From Bispira polyomma (Eukaryota), in assembly GCA_965649765.1 (NCBI GenBank), contig OZ287748.1, forward strand, positions 11,656,001-11,720,000: DNA of 64,000 nt, in the 5' to 3' direction. The notes under the pieces were generated by a model. It worked only from the letters and a program-made list of their open reading frames with translations. It had not been told where the DNA came from and did no database searches. Of the stretch, positions 54,078-64,000 are shown in pieces (position 1 is the stretch's first letter; each line of letters starts with the position of its first letter). A program made the position numbers and the translations under genes.

Positions 54078-55399
54078 AGACATATTGGAATCCCACATAT
54101 TTGCATTTAAATATCTCTTTATTGCTAGATTGTCATAGTAAAGCATGGTGACTAATGTTAATTGGAATAATCCTAAACCAACCACTCTGTAGCCTACTAT
54201 AATAAATCCCAAAATCAATTTAGGTGGCTAGTTAAAGGACGGCTTACTGTACCGCAGCCACTGCCTATTTTATAACCAACCACCCACAAATCAATGGACT
54301 ATATATTTCTAGTTATCTTATTGGCTCCTTAATTTTACGATTTTTATGACAACAGAGATCAATAGGTTTTAGTCGCTCTCTAGATGACCCCCTTCGAAAA
54401 TAATAAATGTTTTACTAATGTCTGTAAAATGTTACATATTTAAATTATTATAATCCATAAATTGTTGTACTTTATATTTTTCATAACCTTCGATTTTAAT
54501 GGTACAGTGAGTACTGTTTTGATATCATCACAACTTAGAAAGTACCTTTTTTATATTTATAATAAGTTGTTTTTGACTGTAGCTGTGTCATAAGTTAAAC
54601 ATCGTAGAGATTTCATAATGTATAAAGTTGTGACCTTTAAATAGTTTACATGATGGTTGTGCATTGCCCGTTATCTTTTTGTTAAATATTTCCACCAGAC
54701 ACATCGTTCGTGTCAGTCTGTAAGTATTTTAATATTCTATTGCAGATTGTTGCATAAAGACTGCACACTGGTTGAACCACGAACCGAGTCAGTCCGTTTA
54801 TTTTGAATTTATTTACGTATAAAAATGATTTCAAAAAGACACAGCGAGGTAGAGGATCTTGGGTCCTCTCGGACTTAAATATAAATTGCTGTCAAAATAT
54901 TCAGTCTACAAAATAATATTCAAGCCCATAATATTTGAATAGCTTTAAGTCACGGTACCGTGGATTGAAGTTTTACCTTTTTACAATATTTCGCTATAAA
55001 TCATGTGTACATGTAACATATTTATTACGAATGGAAATTTATTACGTCCTGTCTTTGAAACCGCCATTAGCAGTTCACAAACTTAAGGGATTTAGAACCA
55101 ACTATGACGGTAATTATGACTGTTGTCTCTAGAACCGTCACAACCATAATTATATTAAAATATTTAAAAAGAGGATATTATGACAACCATTGTCGGTGAA
55201 ATAAACATGAAGGGATTTTACAATCAATTAAAAAATAATAAAAATAGCCGATTACCAGAGATCTGGCTGCACAACGTTTTTTGTGGCTGTTTTGGTGGGT
55301 TCGCTGTAAAATTCCTTGACTCCTTTCAATGTAAACTTTTTCAGCTAATTTAAAACAAAGAGTTTAATTGAACTTGGTGTAGGTGACAGGAGTAAACTG

Positions 55400-55466
55400 A
55401 CTGCCTTATATATTATTGGTATACAATATATTTCGAACTCCAGTGGGTGTTCTCATCAGAGGCTGT
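55400..55466 (-). ncRNA. Type I hammerhead ribozyme
   Basis: Minus strand: ACAGCCT-CTGATGA-GAAC(acccactgga)GTTC-GAAA-TATAT(tgtataccaata)ATATA-TA-AGGCAGT. Complete catalytic core; stems I, II and III all pair; AUA cleavage triplet. Confidence 0.85.
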
Positions 55467-56860
55467 ATAAAATCTTCACCTTTTTTACCTTAAGGTGGAA
55501 AAATTGACTCCGCCTGATCAGGCGGAGCAAATGAGCGGGGCAGAGCTCTAAATGGGCTCTGACTCAATGGTACTTGTTGTGGGGACACCAAATCATTTTA
55601 AAACTGAATAAGGTGGTCAGGGGACTCAGGTGAATACTGTGCTATAATTATGTTTTTATAATTTTTTATAATTTTTAAAATCTTTATTCATCTGTGAGGA
55701 AAAAAGATAAAAAATTATTAAAAATAAGTAAATGGTATAAAGAACCCATTATAATGTGTTTTTATTGAGTCCAATTTATTGGTCCTTGATAATGAATCTT
55801 GTATAAAATCCTATTTGATTATAGCATGAAAAGGTATGTAATACATAGATTAGCCCAATATGAGTGTATGTGAGTGTGTTCATGCGCATTCTGTATTTAC
55901 ACTTTGAGGGTACTCTTCAAATATGGTTATAAGAGTATGAATATGAAATGACTGATTCAATATTTGGAGGTTAATGGTTAATATCTGGATTGAGATATTT
56001 ATCCATATGGTGAAGTGCACAAAGGTAACAATAGATGAAATTGACCAGAGTGATAAGTAATTTGCCATGGTTACCAATGGGTTGACCAGTGGTGAGCCTC
56101 CACAAAATGAGGTGGCTCCAGTGGTAGTTTTACTTGAATGGATAGTTGGTCACCAGTGGTGTCTGGTGTTACTCAATTCAAACATTGGGTGACTGGGGTT
56201 ACCTGTGGGTTGACCAGTAGGTGAGTCTCCACAAATTGGGGTGCTCTGGTGGGAGATACTAATAGGCAGATGTGTACACCCATAGTGTATGGTGAGACAC
56301 AATTAAGTATGTTAGTAACAATATTACAGAAGGAAGAGGGGTGTAATTATAGTAAAAGGTGGTTTACTACATCAGTAATAACACAACCCAACTATAGTTA
56401 GAATGACACAGGAAGAAACGGAAATGTTTAATGAACATAAATGTTTAATACTGAATAAGTATAAACTAGATATAACATTAATAAGAAGTGTATATAATAC
56501 ACAATTACCGGTAATCAATAAGAATAAAAATTAAAAAGTGAATAGATATTAACTTAGTAATTTTTTCCGGACTTAGGATTAATATTACTATATTTTTTAA
56601 AAATAATGATCAAAAATTATAGTGATGTAGATTATTCGATAATAATCAGCCTAGTTAAGAACTCAGATAGGAAATGACACTAAAAATAAAATAAAACCTA
56701 TGTTGGTAGGAATTCTTTCATAGATCAGAGCAAATATTTTCCAAGCATTCTAGTAAATCAAATTGGATGAAACTAGAGTCAATGGGCAAGTTGCCCCACT
56801 GTGTAAAATCCTGTATATCTGAAGGAAGAGGGTTCTCCAGGGTGGTGGTGTCCCCAAATT

Positions 56861-57496
56861 CTACTGATTCAGGAAGTGAGAGCCCGAAGTGATTCCGTTT
56901 TCTGCAATAGTCCGCTGTATAGTAGCAGGGCAACTCCTTTCCAGGTGTGGCTGGTGAAAAGCAAGGAGTGGATTCAGGAGCATAACTGGGTGATTCATCC
57001 AACACTTCACATGTGGTGAGGTGGCTGTGGAGCACAACTTGGTGGGGCTCATCTGGGTAGTTTTGTCTCTCCAGAATACTGGTGAGGTATTGACTCCCAC
57101 ATGAGTACTTTCCCTGCAATCTGGTAAGATTGATAGGTCTGTCTGGGTGGAGTTACTAGCCCATGTAGAACGCGAGATAGTCTCTGAGGTGACAACACAG
57201 TCAGTCAGGGAGTGATCTGCTGAATAAGGTTGATCCATATCCAATAGGTAATCATGTGAAGTAAATCCAGGTGCATATTCCTCCGAATCTATACAGTCTA
57301 AAATGTTTTTAAACATTATATCTGTCTTCCTGTTGGGGCAGTTGGGAGTGTGCCTCTTCAGGTACTCAGGTCTCCTAAAAGCCTTATGGCATAGAGAACA
57401 GTGAATTCGATATTCCTGGTGTTTAGATTTAATGTGTCTTCTTAAGTTAGACTTCCTGCTGTAAGTCCCATTGCAAATATGGCAGGTAAACCACAT
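56861..57496 (-). CDS. Intronless zinc-finger protein (C2H2 + C2HC), 211 aa; may continue by frameshift into ORF 56718-57119
   Basis: FTCHICNGTYSRKSNLRRHIKSKH and CSLCHKAFRRPEYLKRHTPNC at the N-terminus, followed by an acidic, Ser/Thr-rich region; AT-rich ATG context aaaATG. Confidence 0.75.
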   Translation of the reverse strand: MWFTCHICNGTYSRKSNLRRHIKSKHQEYRIHCSLCHKAFRRPEYLKRHTPNCPNRKTDIMFKNILDCIDSEEYAPGFTSHDYLLDMDQPYSADHSLTDCVVTSETISRSTWASNSTQTDLSILPDCRESTHVGVNTSPVFWRDKTTQMSPTKLCSTATSPHVKCWMNHPVMLLNPLLAFHQPHLERSCPATIQRTIAENGITSGSHFLNQ

Positions 57497-57623
57497 TTTA
57501 ATTAAAATATTTTACACAATTTTAATAGTGCCACTGGTACTAAATATGGGCAATTTGAATACAGCTTGAATTGTGTAGTCAGGTTAAATTTCCAGGTAAG
57601 TAGAGTGAGTTGCCTGGTGACGG

Positions 57624-57695
57624 TGACGTCATAATACCCTGATCGCAACGTGACGTCAGGTGGGTGCATTACGTCAGGGTGACGTTGTGACGTCA
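57624..57695. promoter_or_regulatory. Cluster of CRE/ATF sites upstream of the zinc-finger ORF
   Basis: TGACGTCA at 57624, 57651 and 57688, plus TTACGTCA (57669) and TGACGTTG (57680). Confidence 0.6.
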
Positions 57696-57801
57696 TTAGA
57701 GCCTAGATAGGTGTTTGAGCTCTGTTGAGTGAAGGGCCCAATATAAGAATATAAAGGGATAAGGGGGCACTAGGGTAAGGGTGCCAGGTAAGAGGGCCTC
57801 A

Positions 57802-58403
57802 TCACACAAATACATTAATCCCAGTGGGGGTAAGGGTTGGTAAGGCCCATATATAGTACAGTTCCTGATGTCTTCGTCGGTCTGTACTATTTGCCTTATT
57901 ATCCAAACCTAACCAATGGACAATACTGAACTCCATATTTTTAGCAGAGTGTTGTTTCTGACTAAAGTGCCTTGACACTGGGGTGGATGGTTGTAGTTTG
58001 GGATTATAAACACTTCTTATGTGTTCATACATCCTTTGTCTGAATGGCCTTTTGGTTTCCCCTATGTATTGTAATCCACATTGATTACAGTTGATCATGT
58101 AAATCAAATTCTTTAATTCACATGTGAGACGGGGTTTTGGTGGGAGATTAATACACTTGTAAACCTTTTTTGTGTGAAACTGGTAAATTGATCTAGTTTT
58201 TTAAGTTTTGGGCAGTATGTACACTTGCCTAATCTGGTGCAAACGGGTGGGAGATCCTGTAATGATCTTTCACCACAATCTGCAGGGTATAGGATTTTAG
58301 CAGAGGTAAGTTTATCTCTGAGGTTAGGTAGCCTCTTAAATCCAATGATAGGTTTTTCATTGAATATTTTCTTGAGGTCATCTGTGTGTTGGATAATGTT
58401 CCA
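57802..58403 (-). pseudogene. Second (inverted) copy of the Penelope linker and GIY-YIG region
   Basis: Reverse complement of 58904-59506 with ~5 substitutions and a 1-nt deletion near 58178. Confidence 0.9.
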
Positions 58404-59506
58404 TGATCATGATCTGGACTCACGGTGAGAATGCTTTGATGGATTTTGTGAAATATCTTAATAATATTCACCAAACCATTAAATTCACACATGAATATAG
58501 CAGAACCCAGATTGACTTTTTAGACACAACAGTCAAATTTAACCCAAAAAGAGAGCTCATCACTACCCTGTACAATAAACCCACTGATACTCACTTGTAT
58601 CTACACCACACCTCTTCACACCCAAAAAGTGTTTTGGATAAAGGTCCCTATGGGCAATACCTCAGACTCAGGCGCATATGCACACTAGATGAGGATTTCA
58701 CCAACAATGCCAAAAAACTTACTGAGTATTACCTTGCTCGAGGTTACACCATCAAATCACTCAGGGGTCACTTCAAAAAAGCTAACAAATTTACTCAAGC
58801 ACAATTACTTGTAGTAAATAAAATTGAGCAAAAAGACCCTCCAGTTTTAGTGACTGAATACAACCCTATGAATCCCGACATTAAAGGGCTCATAAAACAA
58901 AATTGGAACATTATCCAACACACAGATGACCTCAAGAAAATATTCAATGAAAAACCTATCATTGAATTTAAGAGGCTACCTAACCTCAGAGATAAACTTA
59001 CCTCTGCTAAAATCCTATACCCTGCAGATTGTGGTGAAAGATCATTACAGGATCTCCCACCCGTTTGCACCAGATTAGGCAAGTGTACATACTGCCCAAA
59101 ACTTAAAAAGCTAGATCAATTTACCAGTTTTCACACAAAAAAGGTTTACAAGTGTATTAATCTCCCACCAAAACCCCGTCTCACATATGAATTAAAGAAT
59201 TTGATTTACATGATCAACTGTAATCAATGTGGATTACAATACATAGGGGAAACCAAAAGGCCATTCAGACAAAGGATGTATGAACACATAAGAAGTGTTT
59301 ATAATCCCAAACTACAACCATCCACCCCAGTGTCAAGGCACTTTAGTCAGAAACAACACTCTGCTAAAAATATGGAGTTCAGTATTGTCCATTGGTTAGG
59401 TTTGGATAATAAGGCAAATAGTACAGACCGACGAAGACGTCAGGAACTGTACTATATATGGGCCTTACCAATCCTTACCCCCACTGGGATTAATGTATTT
59501 GTGTGA
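58403..59506 (+). CDS. Penelope-like element ORF, 5'-truncated: RT C-terminus/thumb, Cys-rich linker, GIY-YIG endonuclease
   Basis: MIWTHG, IKFT, IDFLDTTV, LYNKPTD..YLH..SSHP, CTRLGKCTYC, LIYMINCNQCGLQYIGETKR..RQRMYEH, ELYYIW..PTGIN. Confidence 0.9.
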   Translation: MIMIWTHGENALMDFVKYLNNIHQTIKFTHEYSRTQIDFLDTTVKFNPKRELITTLYNKPTDTHLYLHHTSSHPKSVLDKGPYGQYLRLRRICTLDEDFTNNAKKLTEYYLARGYTIKSLRGHFKKANKFTQAQLLVVNKIEQKDPPVLVTEYNPMNPDIKGLIKQNWNIIQHTDDLKKIFNEKPIIEFKRLPNLRDKLTSAKILYPADCGERSLQDLPPVCTRLGKCTYCPKLKKLDQFTSFHTKKVYKCINLPPKPRLTYELKNLIYMINCNQCGLQYIGETKRPFRQRMYEHIRSVYNPKLQPSTPVSRHFSQKQHSAKNMEFSIVHWLGLDNKANSTDRRRRQELYYIWALPILTPTGINVFV

Positions 59507-61293
59507 TGAGGCCCTCTTACCTGGCACCCTTACCCTAGTGCCCCCTTATCCCTTTATAATTTAAAACATACCCTAAACTCCCTCGTAATAGCCCATGCTT
59601 TCATAAGAGCCCACTCCTAGTTTTCCATAAATACTGTTAATATTTTGAATAAAAAATTACATTCTCTTTAGAGCCCATCCCCTACATTTCCTCAAGTTCA
59701 AGTTAAAAGCCCATGGGGTATTTAGAGGGAGCTTAGGGTATTTTTAGTCCGTAAAAAGTTCCTGAAAAAATAGTTATTTTGCTTCCTGAATATATAATAT
59801 GAAAATCGGTATCGCCTATATTCACTGAGATATAGGCATTTAATAAATGACTGTCACTCTAAAAAACTTGTATTTTAAACAATTTTAAGTAGACAGTGCA
59901 ACTTTAACTATGAATGCTTTAATTATCATTAATTAAAATATATATTAGAGACGCCTATCAGAAAGTTCATAATAACAGCTTTTTAGTAATACTAAAACCA
60001 ACATTTTTGGTCAGCTATTCATATTGATACAGCCATTTAATCAATTAAAATTTTCGGGGAAACCGTCAAAAATGAATAACGCAGATCTTAAATTCGAAAT
60101 ATATATCCAGCGAAACTTCGAATTTAACAGCGAAATAACTTTACCGCGAATCGGTTAAACAGCAAAACCTCTTTGCTGACTGTCTTCGGAAGGAAGCAAT
60201 TAACAGAGCTCCCCGAAAATGTCTTTGATCTTTGACTCGGCAAGAACCGCCAACATATATTACCTTGTAATGGCTTGTATCTATATGTTATACATGTATA
60301 AGGATAGTTAACTGTCTTCGGAAGGAAGCAATTAACGGAACTCCCCCAAAATGTCTTTTATCTTTGGCTCTGCATTTATTACCTTATATCTTGTAACAAT
60401 TTTATAATTTTAGGTAAAGGAAAAAAGGAGTTTATTGCTTCATTCATGCTGTATTAGGTGTGACGGTTCTAAGTCGCATTGTTTTCCGAACCGCCTATGG
60501 CTGTTTTAAAGCCTTGGCGTATTTATTAATGCAATTACATAAGAAAATGTCATGCCATGTGTATATGAGCCATGTATGTACACATATTTGCCAGAGATAA
60601 TGGATCAAGTGAACTTTCACACCGTTTCTCGTATACAAAAATGTACATTTCGGTGTGCAAGAAATGTATTCTCTATATGTATACCACAAATGTTTAAGGT
60701 TCCCAGGTGTATACATGTTATTGTTGGCGGGTGTTTATAAATAGAATATAAGTAGACAGTAAAAATACAGAATACATTAGTTTATTACTAAAGTATAATT
60801 CAAATAATATATACAAACAAAATTGATACACTCAGCTGTGTCACCCCGCCAGACCCATACTAATTTTTTACAGTTTTATCCTATTACTTTTGGTGTATGT
60901 GGTGATTAATTTTCCTATGATCCCCAACAACTAAGAACCTTTGATCATTGTGTAACTGTGGCCTTCTCTATGCCTATGCCTACTAAATACCTTCTTTTGA
61001 TATTCAATCAAAGAACCTGAATAAATTATTGCTCATTTATGTTTAACTAATTCGAACTTTTTCTGAAAAAAAAATATTTCTTTCAAAGTGGCTATTATAC
61101 CGATGATGTCCGTAAATAAATACATCACTATTTTACCAAATAAAATATATTTTACCAAATATATTTTATTTTAAAATAGATTTCATTTATTTTACCGACA
61201 AGGGACAGAGACTCTTAAACATGGTTACTGAGGCAAACGCTAGTCTACTGTCTTATCGCTCTCACACAAGCCCACATAGAACTGGAGATTTCT

Positions 61294-61460
61294 AAAAACA
61301 CTTACTTGGCTGTTCCACACATATTAAAATCTTCATTCCATTTACCCTTAACTAAAACCAGCAATATAACCAATGGAATATACCAATAACTGTTAATACA
61401 AACAAATATATGACATTTCCCACAATATCCTGAGTTTGGAACAGCCAAGTAAGTGTTTTT
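61294..61460. mobile_element. MITE-like element with 24-bp perfect inverted repeats
   Basis: aaaaacacttacttggctgttcca / tggaacagccaagtaagtgttttt. Confidence 0.6.
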
Positions 61461-63946
61461 ACGGCAAAACCTAACTTAGGCAAAGCCTAAGTAAGGCTAT
61501 TTTGTTGTACAATTATAAGGGTTAAAAGGGGCGTATCCCTGGAGACATATTAAAGACAGCAAAGTTTTCAAGAAAGAAATTAAATATGGGGCTAAAATTT
61601 GGTATGCATTTGTGAGTTGGTATTTAGTTATTGCTGTTTCAATTTCATTAACTAAACTGTAATATTTTTATTCAAGTTTTAAGGTAATATTCAGCTGCTG
61701 TTGCTAAGGGCCGATTTGATCTAGCATAGCTATGTGTTCTTGTATTATATAGAATGTGTGTGTGTTGTTGGAGAATGTGACTATTTTGCATTACTTACCC
61801 AAATTCCAATTACATTTCATCAGTTTTTATTGATTTAGCTTAAATTTTAGAGGTAGCAAATTTCAGATACAGTGGCCAATTTTAGATTCCTTACTCTAGT
61901 ACAATCTATATATACCTGATGTTATTGATTAATGGAGCATTGTGTTTTGAAATATTTATAGTGTTTAGTCTAAAGGAAAACTGGTTTTGGACCTTTAACT
62001 GCGTTTAAATACTTGCTGCTTCAAAAAAGATATCTGTCAGCACTGTTTATGTTTAGCATATGTTTCCAGATATGTGTGCTTCTCACAACATATATTGTAG
62101 TAAACTGCCTCATATGTTCCACTTCTTAATATACACTTGATACTTCTAATTATAATTTGCAGTGAAATCACACATTAAATATTTACCATAAAACATAATA
62201 AGTAATTAATTTAGCGTCTCGTAAGGGTGCTTGTTTGTATACAGGAGAAAATTTATGCGGAAGGGGCCGCCGGCTCTACTGGATCCCTCCTTTTCTATTG
62301 GCTATAGTTCAGCTACCCCTGGGGGATTCTCTTCAAATTTAGCACATGTATGCAGTAGCCATGGGGAAAATTTTTTCAAGATGGTGTCATCACATTTCGA
62401 CCGATCAGAGAAGTCACATGACCAAAAACATGTTTTTTAAAAGGGTGTGTTTGTCCGGATGATAACTTAAAAATCGCTTTACCTTTTCAAATTGCTCTCC
62501 TGCCAATTTCCTTTCAATTCCAAAGCAGTACTCTAGTTTTATGTTTTAACAGACTTACAAAATAATCAAACACAGAAAAGATCTATTATTGTCAATTATT
62601 GTGATACGATCATTAGTAATCATTTGGTGCTTTACATTAACTGGCCATAGATGATAAGACAAAATAATTTCCCAGTACTACCAGTAATATTTGCCAACGA
62701 TTTGTGGGAAGCTGAATAATATTTAGTAGAGTAATTTATGATTTACTCTTTTTTTGAAATTTTTTTTTTTTTTTTGGCTTTGAAAAATTTTGTTTGGAAT
62801 TATTAATACAATATTAAATTTAAAAACGTTATTTGACGAAGTCAAATCTTATAATTATAAAAGTGAAGGTTTCAGAAAAAAGTATAATATTGGTCACATG
62901 TATCTATATATCCTGATTGTAGAAAGATTTACTGTAAAGTTTGATCATACTTAGCCCCACAGTCCACAACTGCTAGTCAGCTCTGAACATTTTTTAATAC
63001 ATTAATACTGGTGCTACTTTTTTAGGCCACCCTGTGCTCAACCTCTAGTGTGAAGTTCTTTCTAACAAATAGTGTGTGTATTTTAGAATCTTCAAAAGTG
63101 TCACACAGATGTATATGGATCTGAGGAGAAACCCTATGGTATGGTGACCTTAAACTTATAACAGTAAAAGTATGGTAGACTAACCCAACCTCCCGAAAAT
63201 CCAGGTTTAAAAAAACGTTGTGGGTGAAAAATATATATAAATTGAGTCTTTTCTTTAAAACATTCACACAGCATGTACCAGTCTAAAATTTAAAATTGAA
63301 AAAAAAGTTTCACTTGCTGAAATTAACTACCAAGTGGAAGAAGTTATTATTTTTCCTTTTTATTGTGTAATTAATTCAGTTAGTGGTAGGAGACCAGTTC
63401 ACGCCCGGGTACCAATCGACGCCCATCTTGTAAATAATTGCAAATATTGTTTTAAAAATGAAGCAAACAGACTAAATTATTATGTCAAATAAATTAGTTT
63501 AAGCTTAGGTTTGAATTACCAACAATTTGAATTACCAACTCCTTCTCTTCACGGTACTCTCATCGCTCTATGCTTTTCACAATAGCCTTTACAACCATCA
63601 ACTATATTCTCATTCTTCTCTGACCACAACACATTACTACTTTCATCAGAAAAAGAATAATAAATAAGCCAGCCACAAACTACCCTAACGAACAAGAAAT
63701 ACATTCACCTCTTACAAATATCTATCAAACAATATCTACTAGGATCTGCCAAAGTGGCCCCCTGGGCCACTCTTATATTGTTTGAAATCTCCAGTTCTAT
63801 GTAGGCTCGTGCCACTGCGATTAGACAGCAGACTGACGTTCGCCTCGGTAGCCACACCTAACAAACTCTAAGAATTGGTCCCTAATAATTACAATAAAAT
63901 TCCTGAAAAATTACATTTATTTTATGGTGTTTTCAATGGTTTTGAT

Positions 63947-63949
<3 letters not shown>

Positions 63950-63993
<44 letters not shown>
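63950..63993. repeat. (TA)n microsatellite
   Basis: About 21 TA units. Confidence 0.95.
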
Positions 63994-63996
<3 letters not shown>

Positions 63997-64000
63997 GCCG

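Larger units (their letters stand above)
55358..59556 (-). mobile_element. Penelope-like retroelement (Neptune-type) insertion with 5' inversion, zinc-finger ORF and hammerhead ribozyme
   Basis: RT C-terminus, Cys-rich linker and GIY-YIG domain; inverted arms 57750-58403 and 58904-59558; hammerhead at 55400-55466; 12-bp direct repeat TAATTTAAAACA at 55346-55357 and 59557-59568. Confidence 0.85.

Overview
AT-rich animal genomic DNA. The SINE and MITE content suggests a mollusc or other lophotrochozoan (inference). Bases 522-47.8k on the minus strand hold the 5' half of an axonemal inner-arm dynein heavy chain, DNAH1. I traced 35 coding exons with phase-consistent GT-AG junctions (about 1993 codons, N-terminus through AAA1 and into AAA2); the gene runs off the left edge. 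Upstream (48-64 kb) is intergenic, with decayed L2/CR1 fragments, a TSD-flanked RTE-like LINE and a TSD-flanked Penelope-like (Neptune-type) retroelement. Main findings: (1) the 4.2-kb Penelope insertion carries, inside one 12-bp TSD, an inverted RT/GIY-YIG segment, a CRE-rich putative promoter, an intronless zinc-finger cargo ORF and a type I hammerhead ribozyme. (2) DNAH1 has two 106-nt alternative exons encoding the AAA1 Walker B region, with the signature of mutually exclusive splicing. (3) About 16 of 35 exons have intronic tandem duplications anchored on the splice junction, which create decoy splice sites. (4) A cluster of frame-preserving candidate microexons lies in the 5-kb intron 19. 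All coordinates were read by eye and no database searches were run.
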